IMG/VR virus record: IMGVR_UViG_3300010224_000001
Coordinates: 32,001 to 96,000 of that record
Direction: 5' to 3' (one strand)
DNA length: 64,000 nucleotides
From: a virus
This document shows positions 46,022 to 55,210 of this stretch, in pieces. Made by a program: the position numbers and the translations under genes. Under the pieces are notes generated by a model. The model saw only the letters and a list, made by a program, of their open reading frames with translations. It had not been told where the DNA came from and did no database searches. The first letter of the stretch is position 1. Every line of letters begins with the position of its first letter.

Positions 46022-46165
46022 TAGAATCTATTTTCTACATGGACTACGCTTTGATCAACAGATCTGGTGCCGTAGAGTACCAATCACCTTCAGGATGCAT
46101 TGGTGTGCCTGGTAAGCTTTTGCAATGCCCGAATCCCAAAGGTGACAATTTTTTACTGCAGCCGA

Positions 46166-46663
46166 TTAGCTGAACAGTTCTGCTGCTTGCGAAGCCAGGA
46201 AGGTTTTGACTTTCGACAGTTCGCCACGGTTGCCTTCAGCATGGATCTCGAAGCCGCCGCGCGAGACGCCGTAGATCGTTTTGCGTTCTGCCGGATTTTC
46301 GCGATTGCCAGCCGAAACTTCTTTCGAGCGATGGAAGGTCAGCTCGAATGCATCGCGGCCGACCATCGGGATACGCATTTCCGTTTGATCCAGGTCTTTG
46401 TTGCCCTTCAGGACATCCAGACTCAGTTCGCCGTTGGCCAGGTGGGCCGCTGCCACGAAGGTCGTGTTCAGCTTCTGCAGTTCCTTGACTTGATCAGCGG
46501 TGATGCTGGTGTGCTTGGACAGCAGGCTGGCGTAGACTTCCGGAGTAGCCGAGCCGACGCCGGTGGTCTTGTCCATGGTCGCGTTCGATTTGATGTAATT
46601 GGCGACTTCACGAACTTCCGGCTTGATGGTGACGGCTTCTTTGTTTTCGGTGACGATAGTCAT
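46166..46663 (-). CDS. Hypothetical protein, predicted highly expressed
   Basis: Start MTIVTENK with SD AAGGA; codon bias like chimallin and phuZ. Confidence 0.8.
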   Translation of the reverse strand: MTIVTENKEAVTIKPEVREVANYIKSNATMDKTTGVGSATPEVYASLLSKHTSITADQVKELQKLNTTFVAAAHLANGELSLDVLKGNKDLDQTEMRIPMVGRDAFELTFHRSKEVSAGNRENPAERKTIYGVSRGGFEIHAEGNRGELSKVKTFLASQAAELFS

Positions 46664-46738
46664 GGTTTTTTCCTTTTTTAGTTGAGATGGAAAATGCTTC
46701 AATGAAGCAGGGGTGAAAAACTTAAGCTACAGCAATAC

Positions 46739-47296
46739 TTAAGTTCGTTTAGAAAACTTGTTATTCGACTTGTATTCGTTGTTGTAACGATTACCTGAGG
46801 AATTGGTTCGAGTGTCTCGCGATTCACGATCGCCAGAATACTTATTGTTCGATGGCGAGTTATACGGCTTACTAGGGTAAGCGTTGTTCGCACTCGCGGC
46901 AGGACGCACTGCAGGATCAGCAGGCGGTACGTAGAGTGCACGCTTCAACACCATGTTGGTAACTCGGCGTGCTTGAATCTCTTCTTTACCGGCAGCTAGA
47001 GCTGCTTTAACTTTGGGCAGACCAGACAACACGTAATAACGATTCTCGTACATCGTTACCGCAACATCTTCATTATCGAAGAGTTCGCGATTCGGTTGCG
47101 TTGTCGGCACAAACATTTTGTCTGTGTCGTCAGTGACAATATCCTTGAGCGGAATCTTGAACTGGGTGGAATTGTAGATCGCTGCAAAGATCGGAAGTGC
47201 TTCGTAGGAGCGACCATTGAAGATCACTCGATTCTTACGAGCCGTTTCGATAAACTTCAGTTTCGGATCTTGCGTTGCTGTGTTAACGGTAGTCAT
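46739..47296 (-). CDS. Hypothetical protein with a degenerate ParB/Srx-like segment and N/S/Y/R-rich tail
   Basis: YYVLSGLPKVKAALAAGKEEIQA resembles the ParB-N pattern Y.I..G.RR..A...G...IP. The domain call is inference. Confidence 0.65.
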   Translation of the reverse strand: MTTVNTATQDPKLKFIETARKNRVIFNGRSYEALPIFAAIYNSTQFKIPLKDIVTDDTDKMFVPTTQPNRELFDNEDVAVTMYENRYYVLSGLPKVKAALAAGKEEIQARRVTNMVLKRALYVPPADPAVRPAASANNAYPSKPYNSPSNNKYSGDRESRDTRTNSSGNRYNNEYKSNNKFSKRT

Positions 47297-47414
47297 TGGT
47301 CTTAAAAACGTTAAGGGGCGTAATAGCTAGTTTCTATAGAAAAGGGTAGCGGAGTTAATTTTCTACTACGACGTTACCTATGGTAAACATTTTGCATGAC
47401 TTTTGCATGCATTA

Positions 47415-47444
47415 CAGTTTAGTGATATAGGTCTAAATTTTTTT
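47415..47444 (-). promoter_or_regulatory. Putative early promoter, near-identical to the chimallin promoter
   Basis: CAGTTTAGTGATATAGGTCTAAA versus CAGTTTGGTGATATAGGTCTAAA at 7243-7265. Confidence 0.7.
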
Positions 47445-47454
47445 AGAACGGCAT

Positions 47455-47481
47455 AAAACCAGACCCCTTGCGGAGTCTGGT
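47455..47481 (-). terminator. Intrinsic terminator after the protease gene
   Basis: ACCAGACTCC-GCAA-GGGGTCTGGT, then TTTATGCCG. Confidence 0.8.
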
Positions 47482-47496
47482 CAACAGTTTACTAGA

Positions 47497-48309
47497 TTAT
47501 TTCCAGTCCATGTAAACTGGTTTGTTGCGAGCAGCCGTAGTTGGCGTTGCCCAGTTCAGTGCTTGGAATAACGAGTCAGGGGTAATGATCGCAGATTCCA
47601 TCGAGATGCCAGCCGGACGTTCTTTGTAAAGAGCATCTTCCAGCAACGAGCGTGAGAAGTTGTAGTTGGTATTGTCTTCCAGAGCAGGCGAAAAGTATTT
47701 CTCTGCTGTAGCAATACCAGGTTCATTCACGTAGTCAAAGGTGACCACTTCACGCAGCACACGCACCTCAGTGCCACGAATGTAGCTGTTGTTGGTGAAG
47801 GCGCGGATTGAGAAGCAAACGTTCTCATGAGGATTTTGCAGCTGCTTTTCCAACACATGACCTAACGGACCATTGGGAGCCACTTCCGACATGATTGAGA
47901 TCACAGGTTTACCCTGCTTATCTTTCACGGCGTCAAAGTCAAGCCACAATTTCATGTGATGGCAGCAAACGTTGAGTTCATCAATCGTCATACAACGACG
48001 GGCAAACTCTTCGTCGCGAATGCGTTGCATCTGCGGATTCATTTCTCGTGCAGGTGGTTTGGGATGACCATACTCACCACGCAGAGCAGCCCGCTTAATA
48101 CGACGCATTAAAGCACTAGATTCTTCAAACAGATGCTTAGCCTGTTCGTAGTCGTAGAATTGATTGGACGAGTTAAAGACATTCAATGCACCCACCACCA
48201 TTGGGTAGTAGCCATTTTCATTCTTCTTCAGGTTACCAACCTTATTAACGCCAACTAACGAAGTACAGGCGAACATCACGTTATTCGGTATAGCCATACC
48301 TGGAAACAT
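47497..48309 (-). CDS. Prohead protease (phiKZ gp175-like)
   Basis: GEYGHP (His), FSIR (Ser) and TFDYVNEPGI; C-terminal ALE/SME candidate self-cleavage sites. Confidence 0.88.
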   Translation of the reverse strand: MFPGMAIPNNVMFACTSLVGVNKVGNLKKNENGYYPMVVGALNVFNSSNQFYDYEQAKHLFEESSALMRRIKRAALRGEYGHPKPPAREMNPQMQRIRDEEFARRCMTIDELNVCCHHMKLWLDFDAVKDKQGKPVISIMSEVAPNGPLGHVLEKQLQNPHENVCFSIRAFTNNSYIRGTEVRVLREVVTFDYVNEPGIATAEKYFSPALEDNTNYNFSRSLLEDALYKERPAGISMESAIITPDSLFQALNWATPTTAARNKPVYMDWK

Positions 48310-48336
48310 GTTCTTACCTTTCTTCTCTAAGCGCAG

Positions 48337-49059
48337 TTAGCGCCTTAGTAACTCTTCAATACGTTCGACGCGATCAGTCGGATTAACCAGAGCGCTAACC
48401 AAACCATCACGAGCATACGAACCAGCGAGCTTATTGAGCGTATTGGTGGCTGAATAACTCACACTACGAAGTGCAATAAACGCAGGCGGTGTCTTCATTG
48501 CTTCGGCGGTCTTAGCAAATTGACGATAGTATTCATGGCGGTTATTTGGATTACGCGCAATAATCGAAACCAGAAGTTCAGTGACTTCTTGATTCTGACC
48601 AATGTTCGCGCCAGCGTGATAACGAGCCGTGTCGAAAATCATCGCCAGTTCATCGTAACCCAAATACCAAGGCACGCGACCTTTTGCAAAGATCTCGTTA
48701 TAGATCAAGTACACGATCGTATCGGTTTTCACCAGGTCAACTGAAGGGAATACAGTCGAACCTGGATCGAACACGAATTCGTAATACTCATCCCCGTCAA
48801 TCATCGTTCGTAAGGTTGAAGTAGGATCAATCCTTGCCATCGCATTGACTAATGAGACAGCGTAGTATTGATCCTCAACCACCATCGCATAAATACCGAT
48901 GATGTAAGTTTCGATACCAATCGAAGCCAATTCACGTTCTTCAAATCGAACAGGGATGTAGATCTTGCAGCCAGTCGTTGTCACCAACCTACCGTCATCC
49001 AGTTGTCTAAGCGCATCATGAACACGCTTAGGATCGCGAATGAGGTTACGTGGATTCAT
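48337..49059 (-). CDS. Conserved protein (phiKZ gp176-like by synteny)
   Basis: Start MNPRNLIRD; motifs GRVPWY and KLAGSY. Confidence 0.72.
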   Translation of the reverse strand: MNPRNLIRDPKRVHDALRQLDDGRLVTTTGCKIYIPVRFEERELASIGIETYIIGIYAMVVEDQYYAVSLVNAMARIDPTSTLRTMIDGDEYYEFVFDPGSTVFPSVDLVKTDTIVYLIYNEIFAKGRVPWYLGYDELAMIFDTARYHAGANIGQNQEVTELLVSIIARNPNNRHEYYRQFAKTAEAMKTPPAFIALRSVSYSATNTLNKLAGSYARDGLVSALVNPTDRVERIEELLRR

Positions 49060-49061
49060 AC

Positions 49062-50531
49062 TTAAGCAGCCACCGGCATGAATTGCGACGAAACCCAATC
49101 ACAGATGTAATCCATCATAGCGATCGTACCAGCTTCACGCGGGGTGAGCTTCGGTTGCGAACGCGCGATCTCTTCCATACGCAGCAGGAACGGTTCTGCC
49201 GGATAGTTGTCGTAACGTGTACGGCATACCAGTTTCAGGCAGGTTGTGTACAGGTCTTGCGAATCTTGAATCGACAGGCATTCCAGATTGTCTTTGAATG
49301 CTTTCATCAGTTCAAAGATTTCACGTGCATCGAGTTTAATGCCGTCTTCGTTTTCTTCACGATTGAGCATGTCCTCGTAGCACAGAACCAGTTGTTCACG
49401 CAGGAAGTTAAAACGTTGGACACTTTCAGTCGACGTCAGTAACGCCATCTTCTGGTTCCACACTTCACGGAACTCTTCACGCTTACCATCGATCGTAGCA
49501 GCGTTAAAGGTCGGACGACCCGACATCACCATACCGAACAGGATTTCGTTGTCGCCACCGTTTGCCAGCCAGGTGTTGTATACCGGAGTATTCACAACAA
49601 TGCGATTCCCGTCGATCGACGTCACCAGAACGCCATTTGCCACCGAAGCGCTATTGCGTTCAATCTGACGGTTCAGGAGACGACCTGCTTGTTCGACATA
49701 GATTTGCAGCGTCTTTTGATACGACTGCAGGCTCATCTCAGTGCCTTCCAGAACCACATCGTTTTCTAACAGATGACGAGAGATCAGGAACACGACCAGA
49801 CGAGTGATTTCGTTAGCGTCGATCAGCGTGCTAAACGGTTGCTGTTTCACCACAGCCAGTTGCACGCCTTCGGCTTGTTCCGGCAGAGCAGTTTGAGCAC
49901 TGAAGAAATCGTTCCAGATACCTTCAAGTTCATAACCCGGCACCGAAGCAGCCCAGCTCGCAACATCTTCATCCAGCGAAGCAATACCAGTTTCCAGCAG
50001 CGGCAGGATCTCATCTGCTTTCAGACGCGGCAGAGCAGTATTGATCATCGGCTCATCCGGCGGTTGCAGTTCGTATTTCTCGATCAGCTTAACCAGAGCC
50101 GGGTTGTACAGAGCAGCCGAGCTTTCATTGGTGGTGATTTCCAGCGATGTCAGTTGCGATACCGGAGCAGCGCTCAGACGACCAGTAACGGCGTCGACCA
50201 GTTCACCCACTTGAGGAGCGACTCGAGTACGAATAATAGCAATGACACGACGCACTGCATCGGCGCCAGTAACGGCGATGTCATCCATCGTGAAATCATG
50301 AGTAGACTTACCAAACACAGGAACCACTGCGTTAGCCTGTGCTGCAACGCCGCCGTAATCAAGGAAGTATTCTCCAGTTTCACTATTTTTGACAACGGTA
50401 TCCGTAGTCAGGTTGCAAGCCTTGACCAGATGATCAAGCGGTGTACCAGCCACTGCAACTAATGCAATGCCGTTAGCGTCCAGCTGATCAGCCAGTGGCT
50501 GTGCCACCTGCAGCATGTAAGATTCAAGCAT
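49062..50531 (-). CDS. Conserved protein (phiKZ gp177-like by synteny)
   Basis: 489-aa ORF between the vRNAP and protease genes. Confidence 0.72.
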   Translation of the reverse strand: MLESYMLQVAQPLADQLDANGIALVAVAGTPLDHLVKACNLTTDTVVKNSETGEYFLDYGGVAAQANAVVPVFGKSTHDFTMDDIAVTGADAVRRVIAIIRTRVAPQVGELVDAVTGRLSAAPVSQLTSLEITTNESSAALYNPALVKLIEKYELQPPDEPMINTALPRLKADEILPLLETGIASLDEDVASWAASVPGYELEGIWNDFFSAQTALPEQAEGVQLAVVKQQPFSTLIDANEITRLVVFLISRHLLENDVVLEGTEMSLQSYQKTLQIYVEQAGRLLNRQIERNSASVANGVLVTSIDGNRIVVNTPVYNTWLANGGDNEILFGMVMSGRPTFNAATIDGKREEFREVWNQKMALLTSTESVQRFNFLREQLVLCYEDMLNREENEDGIKLDAREIFELMKAFKDNLECLSIQDSQDLYTTCLKLVCRTRYDNYPAEPFLLRMEEIARSQPKLTPREAGTIAMMDYICDWVSSQFMPVAA

Positions 50532-50727
50532 TGGCTTTCCCCCGGTAGGTTTGTAAGTTCATTTGAAAGCGCGCCATTGCCAGGTTTGTAATAGCGCCTT
50601 TATTTAAGGGTGTTCCTTCGACCGTATCGGCTACGTCGCCGCCGAGTACCTTCTCGGCAATCTGCGCAACCAGTTCTGCGCCATTGGCGAGCGTCACAAT
50701 CGTCTGCGCTGTGTTCTGAAATTTCAT
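50524..50727 (-). CDS. Small hypothetical protein
   Basis: 67 aa with SD AAGGA; overlaps the next start. Confidence 0.65.
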   Translation of the reverse strand: MKFQNTAQTIVTLANGAELVAQIAEKVLGGDVADTVEGTPLNKGAITNLAMARFQMNLQTYRGKANA

Positions 50728-50800
50728 ACTGTTCCTTGATTACAAAAAAGAATAGAATCAAATCAAGACTGGGTATCCCAAACGGAATACCCAGCTTAAA

Positions 50801-53800
50801 TCACGACTTGTAAGCTTCGTACGCTTTCTTACCGATCACACGTAACAACACATTGGTAGTGCCGATCATGATAGGGCTGTGCACCACACGGTCATCAATA
50901 GATTTCTGACCGAAGATAGCATCAATTGCTTCCCCTGATTCGGTGCGATAGTCGCCTACGAATTTCTTACCAAAGACAGTCTTCATCTGATTGGCAAATA
51001 CGCCTTTGTCACCTTCACCTGCGGAGAGATGACTCGTGATATATACACGAATAGCCAGCGTATCTAAAGGTAACGGATCACCGTCAATCCTGAAGCCTTC
51101 ATCAACAGAACCTGTCAATGGAGTTTTACCAATGGATTTCAAACGATCAGCCAATTGCTTATCACCAGCATTCGCAATCGATCGTAAGGAATCCGACATG
51201 TCTTCTTTATCGCCATGGTAGTAGACCTCAACGCGCTCTACAACACCTTTGACTTTGGCCTGCGGCGACTGGTTTTCCACAATCCGCAGCGTCTCTAAAG
51301 ATTCATCATCAAAGAGACCAGCGTTATTGGTAACCGAGTCCTCAATAATGCATAAAATATCCTCGCTATTGACATTGTCGCCAGCCTTGACAAGCCGTCT
51401 GACACTTTGTGTGAAGTTCACCACAATGTCAACCGTCTTAGTAATCGCACTGGTTAACTTATCTGCTAAGCGTTGCGAAATAGCAGAGGAGTCTTCCAAG
51501 GTCTCACTGACTTCCATCAGCACCACCTTCGCTAACGTACCCGCTTTCCATATCACGTTGTTCGGATTGAGAATATCCTTCTCAAAGAAGTTATCGTTGT
51601 AAGTCAGAATGTGACCACGTTTAAACTCTTGTCCCAATTTAACGTTAGCAACTACAGAATGCGGAATCACTAAGCCAGCAGCGTTACCAAAGCGACGACC
51701 AATCTCGAAGCCCTGCTTCTTACCACTAGCGTATTGCACCATCACACCAGTAGCCGTCACAGAAATGACCTTACCATCTTCTTTAGCAGCGGCAGCATAC
51801 ATGTCGCTTGTACGCTGAGCAATCACCTGTTCATAACCAGTACGTACTGGCATCTGATGGTAACCGGTGCAAGAGACACCGTGCGCTTGTTGAATACCGA
51901 TAAAGTTAACTCGCTTCGGATCGTCATGATCTGCACCAACTGAGATCAAAGCAGAAGTTGACAGCAATGGTGTAGCACCCATTTGGTCAAAGTCGAAACG
52001 ACGTGACAAGCCACGCAAGGATGTGAACTGCGGATCAGCACTGGTATAGGTGTTAATAGCCACGTCACCAGAGTCAACCGTATCGCCCGAGATGGTGCCC
52101 ATATCGTTGACATGGTATTCACGGGTATGCTTCGTCATGGTGCGGCTATTACGACCACCAGTACCGTTATACGTCACGGCTTCTTTCTCACGCAGGTTCT
52201 GGATCGGATTGATATCAGCCACCAAAGCTTGCGACGGGTCAGTCTGAATCGAGGTCCAGATGTTGTACGGGTGCATATCCAGTTGAGCACGATGCTTACC
52301 AGGAGTGCCGTTGTGTTTACGGATGCAACTTACAATCTCCGAATACACAGCACCTGCCATCCGCTCGTAACCTTTAATACGCATCCACGCTGCGTCAAAC
52401 TCAGCAGGGTGATCATCGTGCAGAAGCATTTCGCCAGCGCGCAGTAACAGTAAGCGCATGTCAGTCGGTTCATGCATCTCAACTAACAAGTCGTGAGTAA
52501 TCGGATCAATGAACATCTGATAGAACAGATCGATTTCACGTAACCAACGCGCACCTAAGCCAACACTCTCCAGTACGTTCAAATACACTTCACGCTGATT
52601 AAACAGGTGAACGTTATACCGTTTGATAGAGCGGTGATACTCATTGAAGCCAGCTAAGAACATGCATGAGAGTTTATCATTGCGATTAATCACAATGGTC
52701 TCATCGTTAAACACGATAGATTCTTCATGCGGTTCTAAGTTGAGTCGACGACCAGCTGGAACACGACGCACTTGTGCTTTTAACAGATTGATTAGGTTAT
52801 CCAAACCAATTTCGTAAGCTAACACCACACCTAACGGAATGTTGTCACCCGCAATCTTGATCACAGCGAAATCAACCGGAGCCCGCGAACGATCTAAACC
52901 TAACAGCGTTTCGATTGGCGGTAACGGACGACGCAGACCTTGATGTGCTATTTCAAGTTGATCATGTTTGTTGATAAGGATGTAGTAGTCTTTATCGATC
53001 CCACCTACACCTGCCACAATCGAACCATCCACTTCATACATCGTCAGCGCTTCTTTACCAAACAACTCTTCACGCTTGGTATGGTCAAACGACATATCGA
53101 ACATCAGGTGTTCTAAGTCTTGCGGCATTCCCATCGGGTGGAACAAGAACGAACGGAAGCTAGAAGCCAGGATGCTATACAGACGCGGTGACTTAAACAG
53201 ATGGTCCATCACATTGTTCGGATGACCAATCGAGACTACGCGATCTAACTCGTTTAAGTTCTTCGCCATGATGGCGTTTGTTAACCAAGCACCGTAATCA
53301 TTGACTTTCTTTTCACTGCGACGAATAAACGTTTTACCATAGTAACTCGTCATTGCCACCGTGTTCGGAGCAGTCTTACGGATCGGAACATCACCACGTT
53401 GTTTACGCAGACGATACTTAACACCGTTGGCCATGTAAGTACCGTCAGCTTCGACTACTGGCAACTTAAAGCGTAAAGTCGAACTAGCACCTTCCACCGG
53501 AGTAACACGTACCGTATACATGTTGTACGGACCAAGGATCGATTCCACCTTTTCGGTCTCGTAACTTGTCACAGCAATACCAGCATTCTGAATCGACATT
53601 ACGGAAGATGCGATATCGCGTTGCATCACTTCTTCGATATAACGCTCGTCAAATTCCAGTAAGCTCGACTTGAGCATGGTCTTATCAGGCACGGTCTTAA
53701 TGTCAGGTAACGACTTGGATTCCTTAATCTTCAGAATCTCTGGAGCAATCGTAATGAATTGTTCCATTGTCGACACACCGTCCGGCGCTTTCATCGTCTT

Positions 53801-55207
53801 GTAGGTTGCTGCAACCTTTTGGTAATGACGATATTGAGCTGCCGACATCAAGCCTTCATCCGCATGGCGATTACACACAGCCATGACAGCTTCGTCTAAT
53901 GCTAACCGTTTAAACACCGGAGTCGGAGCAGAAACATCTACTTCAGGTTGAGCGGTCACCGCAACATCAGGAACATCACTCAGTTTTGCTGCAGTGATCT
54001 TTTCCATGGCTTGCAGGTCAGCATCGATCTCTGCTTCAACCGTCTCGTCTTCCTTAACTGATTCAGGCGTGTCTTCCGGTTCATCTGGAGGATCCATCAC
54101 AGTCGCACGTTGCAGAACCGTATTAAGTTCAGTACGTCCAGTTAACGGATCTTTCTTAGCGGGACCTGAAGGAACACGATGAACCTCGAGTTTACTCTGC
54201 TCAGACAGTTCTTTAATCGCATCCGTGATGTCTTCTTTATCGAGTACTTGGTCAGCGATTGCAGTTACTTCAGGATCGACCAACGTACGCAGTTGCATGA
54301 TCGACATGAAGAAACGTAACACACGTGCTTGATAACGAATTGGATTGATCAGATTAGGTTTAATCTTCTCATTCGGTAACAGTTCAGTATCTAACGGTTT
54401 GCGCCATGAATCGAGCAGTCCCAAGTTAACGACCAGCCAATGGCCAGATTCTTGGAACACGATATTGACTCGACCCAGACGTTCGCGTGGAATCGCCGAC
54501 AACATCGACGTTTCACGATTCGGACCAAACCACTTCCACAGTTCTAACAAGAACAGATGTTCCGGTGAATTGAATAAGTTCAGAATACGACGCGACGGAT
54601 TCGTCATCTTTGCCGCTTGCTGGAAACTCGACAGAGCAGGCAAGAGCTTTGGCATACTACGGATGATGAACTGAGGACGATCGGTCAAATGTGCTGCGGT
54701 ATTGACATTCTTCCAAAGTTCACGTTCGATGTTCGTCCATTCGTAATACGCATTAAACGGATTTCTGGGATAACGCCACATGTGAGTTAACATGTCGTAG
54801 TTATACACCAGCATCGAGTTTGTATCGTTAATGACACTTTCCAACTGGCGCACTTGACGGAACCGACGGTGCTGTTGTTGGAACTGACGCACTAACACGC
54901 CTGAGTTAACATTCACGCGAGTCGGTGTACCCATTGGGTCTTGCAACTCCAGCACGTTGGCTAACCAGACTGCGCGGCTAATGTTCTTAGCTTTCGTATC
55001 GCCATTGGTTTGCACTTCAGTGATGATGCCACGAAACGCAATATCACTTTCCACAGGACCTAATTTAGTCGGGTCACCGTGAGCATAGTGCAAGATTGCA
55101 CCACGCGGTAATTGAAATGATTGGATGTGAGCAAAGCGCGGTCTTAACAACTGCTGCGTCTGGCGTACACCAAAGCGGCGATAGAAGATATCGTAATTAA
55201 TAATCAT
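50801..55207 (-). CDS. Virion RNA polymerase beta-like subunit (phiKZ gp178-like)
   Basis: 1468 aa with beta-subunit motifs DDPKR, EDS and GDKGVFANQMK. Confidence 0.9.
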   Translation of the reverse strand: MIINYDIFYRRFGVRQTQQLLRPRFAHIQSFQLPRGAILHYAHGDPTKLGPVESDIAFRGIITEVQTNGDTKAKNISRAVWLANVLELQDPMGTPTRVNVNSGVLVRQFQQQHRRFRQVRQLESVINDTNSMLVYNYDMLTHMWRYPRNPFNAYYEWTNIERELWKNVNTAAHLTDRPQFIIRSMPKLLPALSSFQQAAKMTNPSRRILNLFNSPEHLFLLELWKWFGPNRETSMLSAIPRERLGRVNIVFQESGHWLVVNLGLLDSWRKPLDTELLPNEKIKPNLINPIRYQARVLRFFMSIMQLRTLVDPEVTAIADQVLDKEDITDAIKELSEQSKLEVHRVPSGPAKKDPLTGRTELNTVLQRATVMDPPDEPEDTPESVKEDETVEAEIDADLQAMEKITAAKLSDVPDVAVTAQPEVDVSAPTPVFKRLALDEAVMAVCNRHADEGLMSAAQYRHYQKVAATYKTMKAPDGVSTMEQFITIAPEILKIKESKSLPDIKTVPDKTMLKSSLLEFDERYIEEVMQRDIASSVMSIQNAGIAVTSYETEKVESILGPYNMYTVRVTPVEGASSTLRFKLPVVEADGTYMANGVKYRLRKQRGDVPIRKTAPNTVAMTSYYGKTFIRRSEKKVNDYGAWLTNAIMAKNLNELDRVVSIGHPNNVMDHLFKSPRLYSILASSFRSFLFHPMGMPQDLEHLMFDMSFDHTKREELFGKEALTMYEVDGSIVAGVGGIDKDYYILINKHDQLEIAHQGLRRPLPPIETLLGLDRSRAPVDFAVIKIAGDNIPLGVVLAYEIGLDNLINLLKAQVRRVPAGRRLNLEPHEESIVFNDETIVINRNDKLSCMFLAGFNEYHRSIKRYNVHLFNQREVYLNVLESVGLGARWLREIDLFYQMFIDPITHDLLVEMHEPTDMRLLLLRAGEMLLHDDHPAEFDAAWMRIKGYERMAGAVYSEIVSCIRKHNGTPGKHRAQLDMHPYNIWTSIQTDPSQALVADINPIQNLREKEAVTYNGTGGRNSRTMTKHTREYHVNDMGTISGDTVDSGDVAINTYTSADPQFTSLRGLSRRFDFDQMGATPLLSTSALISVGADHDDPKRVNFIGIQQAHGVSCTGYHQMPVRTGYEQVIAQRTSDMYAAAAKEDGKVISVTATGVMVQYASGKKQGFEIGRRFGNAAGLVIPHSVVANVKLGQEFKRGHILTYNDNFFEKDILNPNNVIWKAGTLAKVVLMEVSETLEDSSAISQRLADKLTSAITKTVDIVVNFTQSVRRLVKAGDNVNSEDILCIIEDSVTNNAGLFDDESLETLRIVENQSPQAKVKGVVERVEVYYHGDKEDMSDSLRSIANAGDKQLADRLKSIGKTPLTGSVDEGFRIDGDPLPLDTLAIRVYITSHLSAGEGDKGVFANQMKTVFGKKFVGDYRTESGEAIDAIFGQKSIDDRVVHSPIMIGTTNVLLRVIGKKAYEAYKS

Positions 55208-55210
55208 AGC

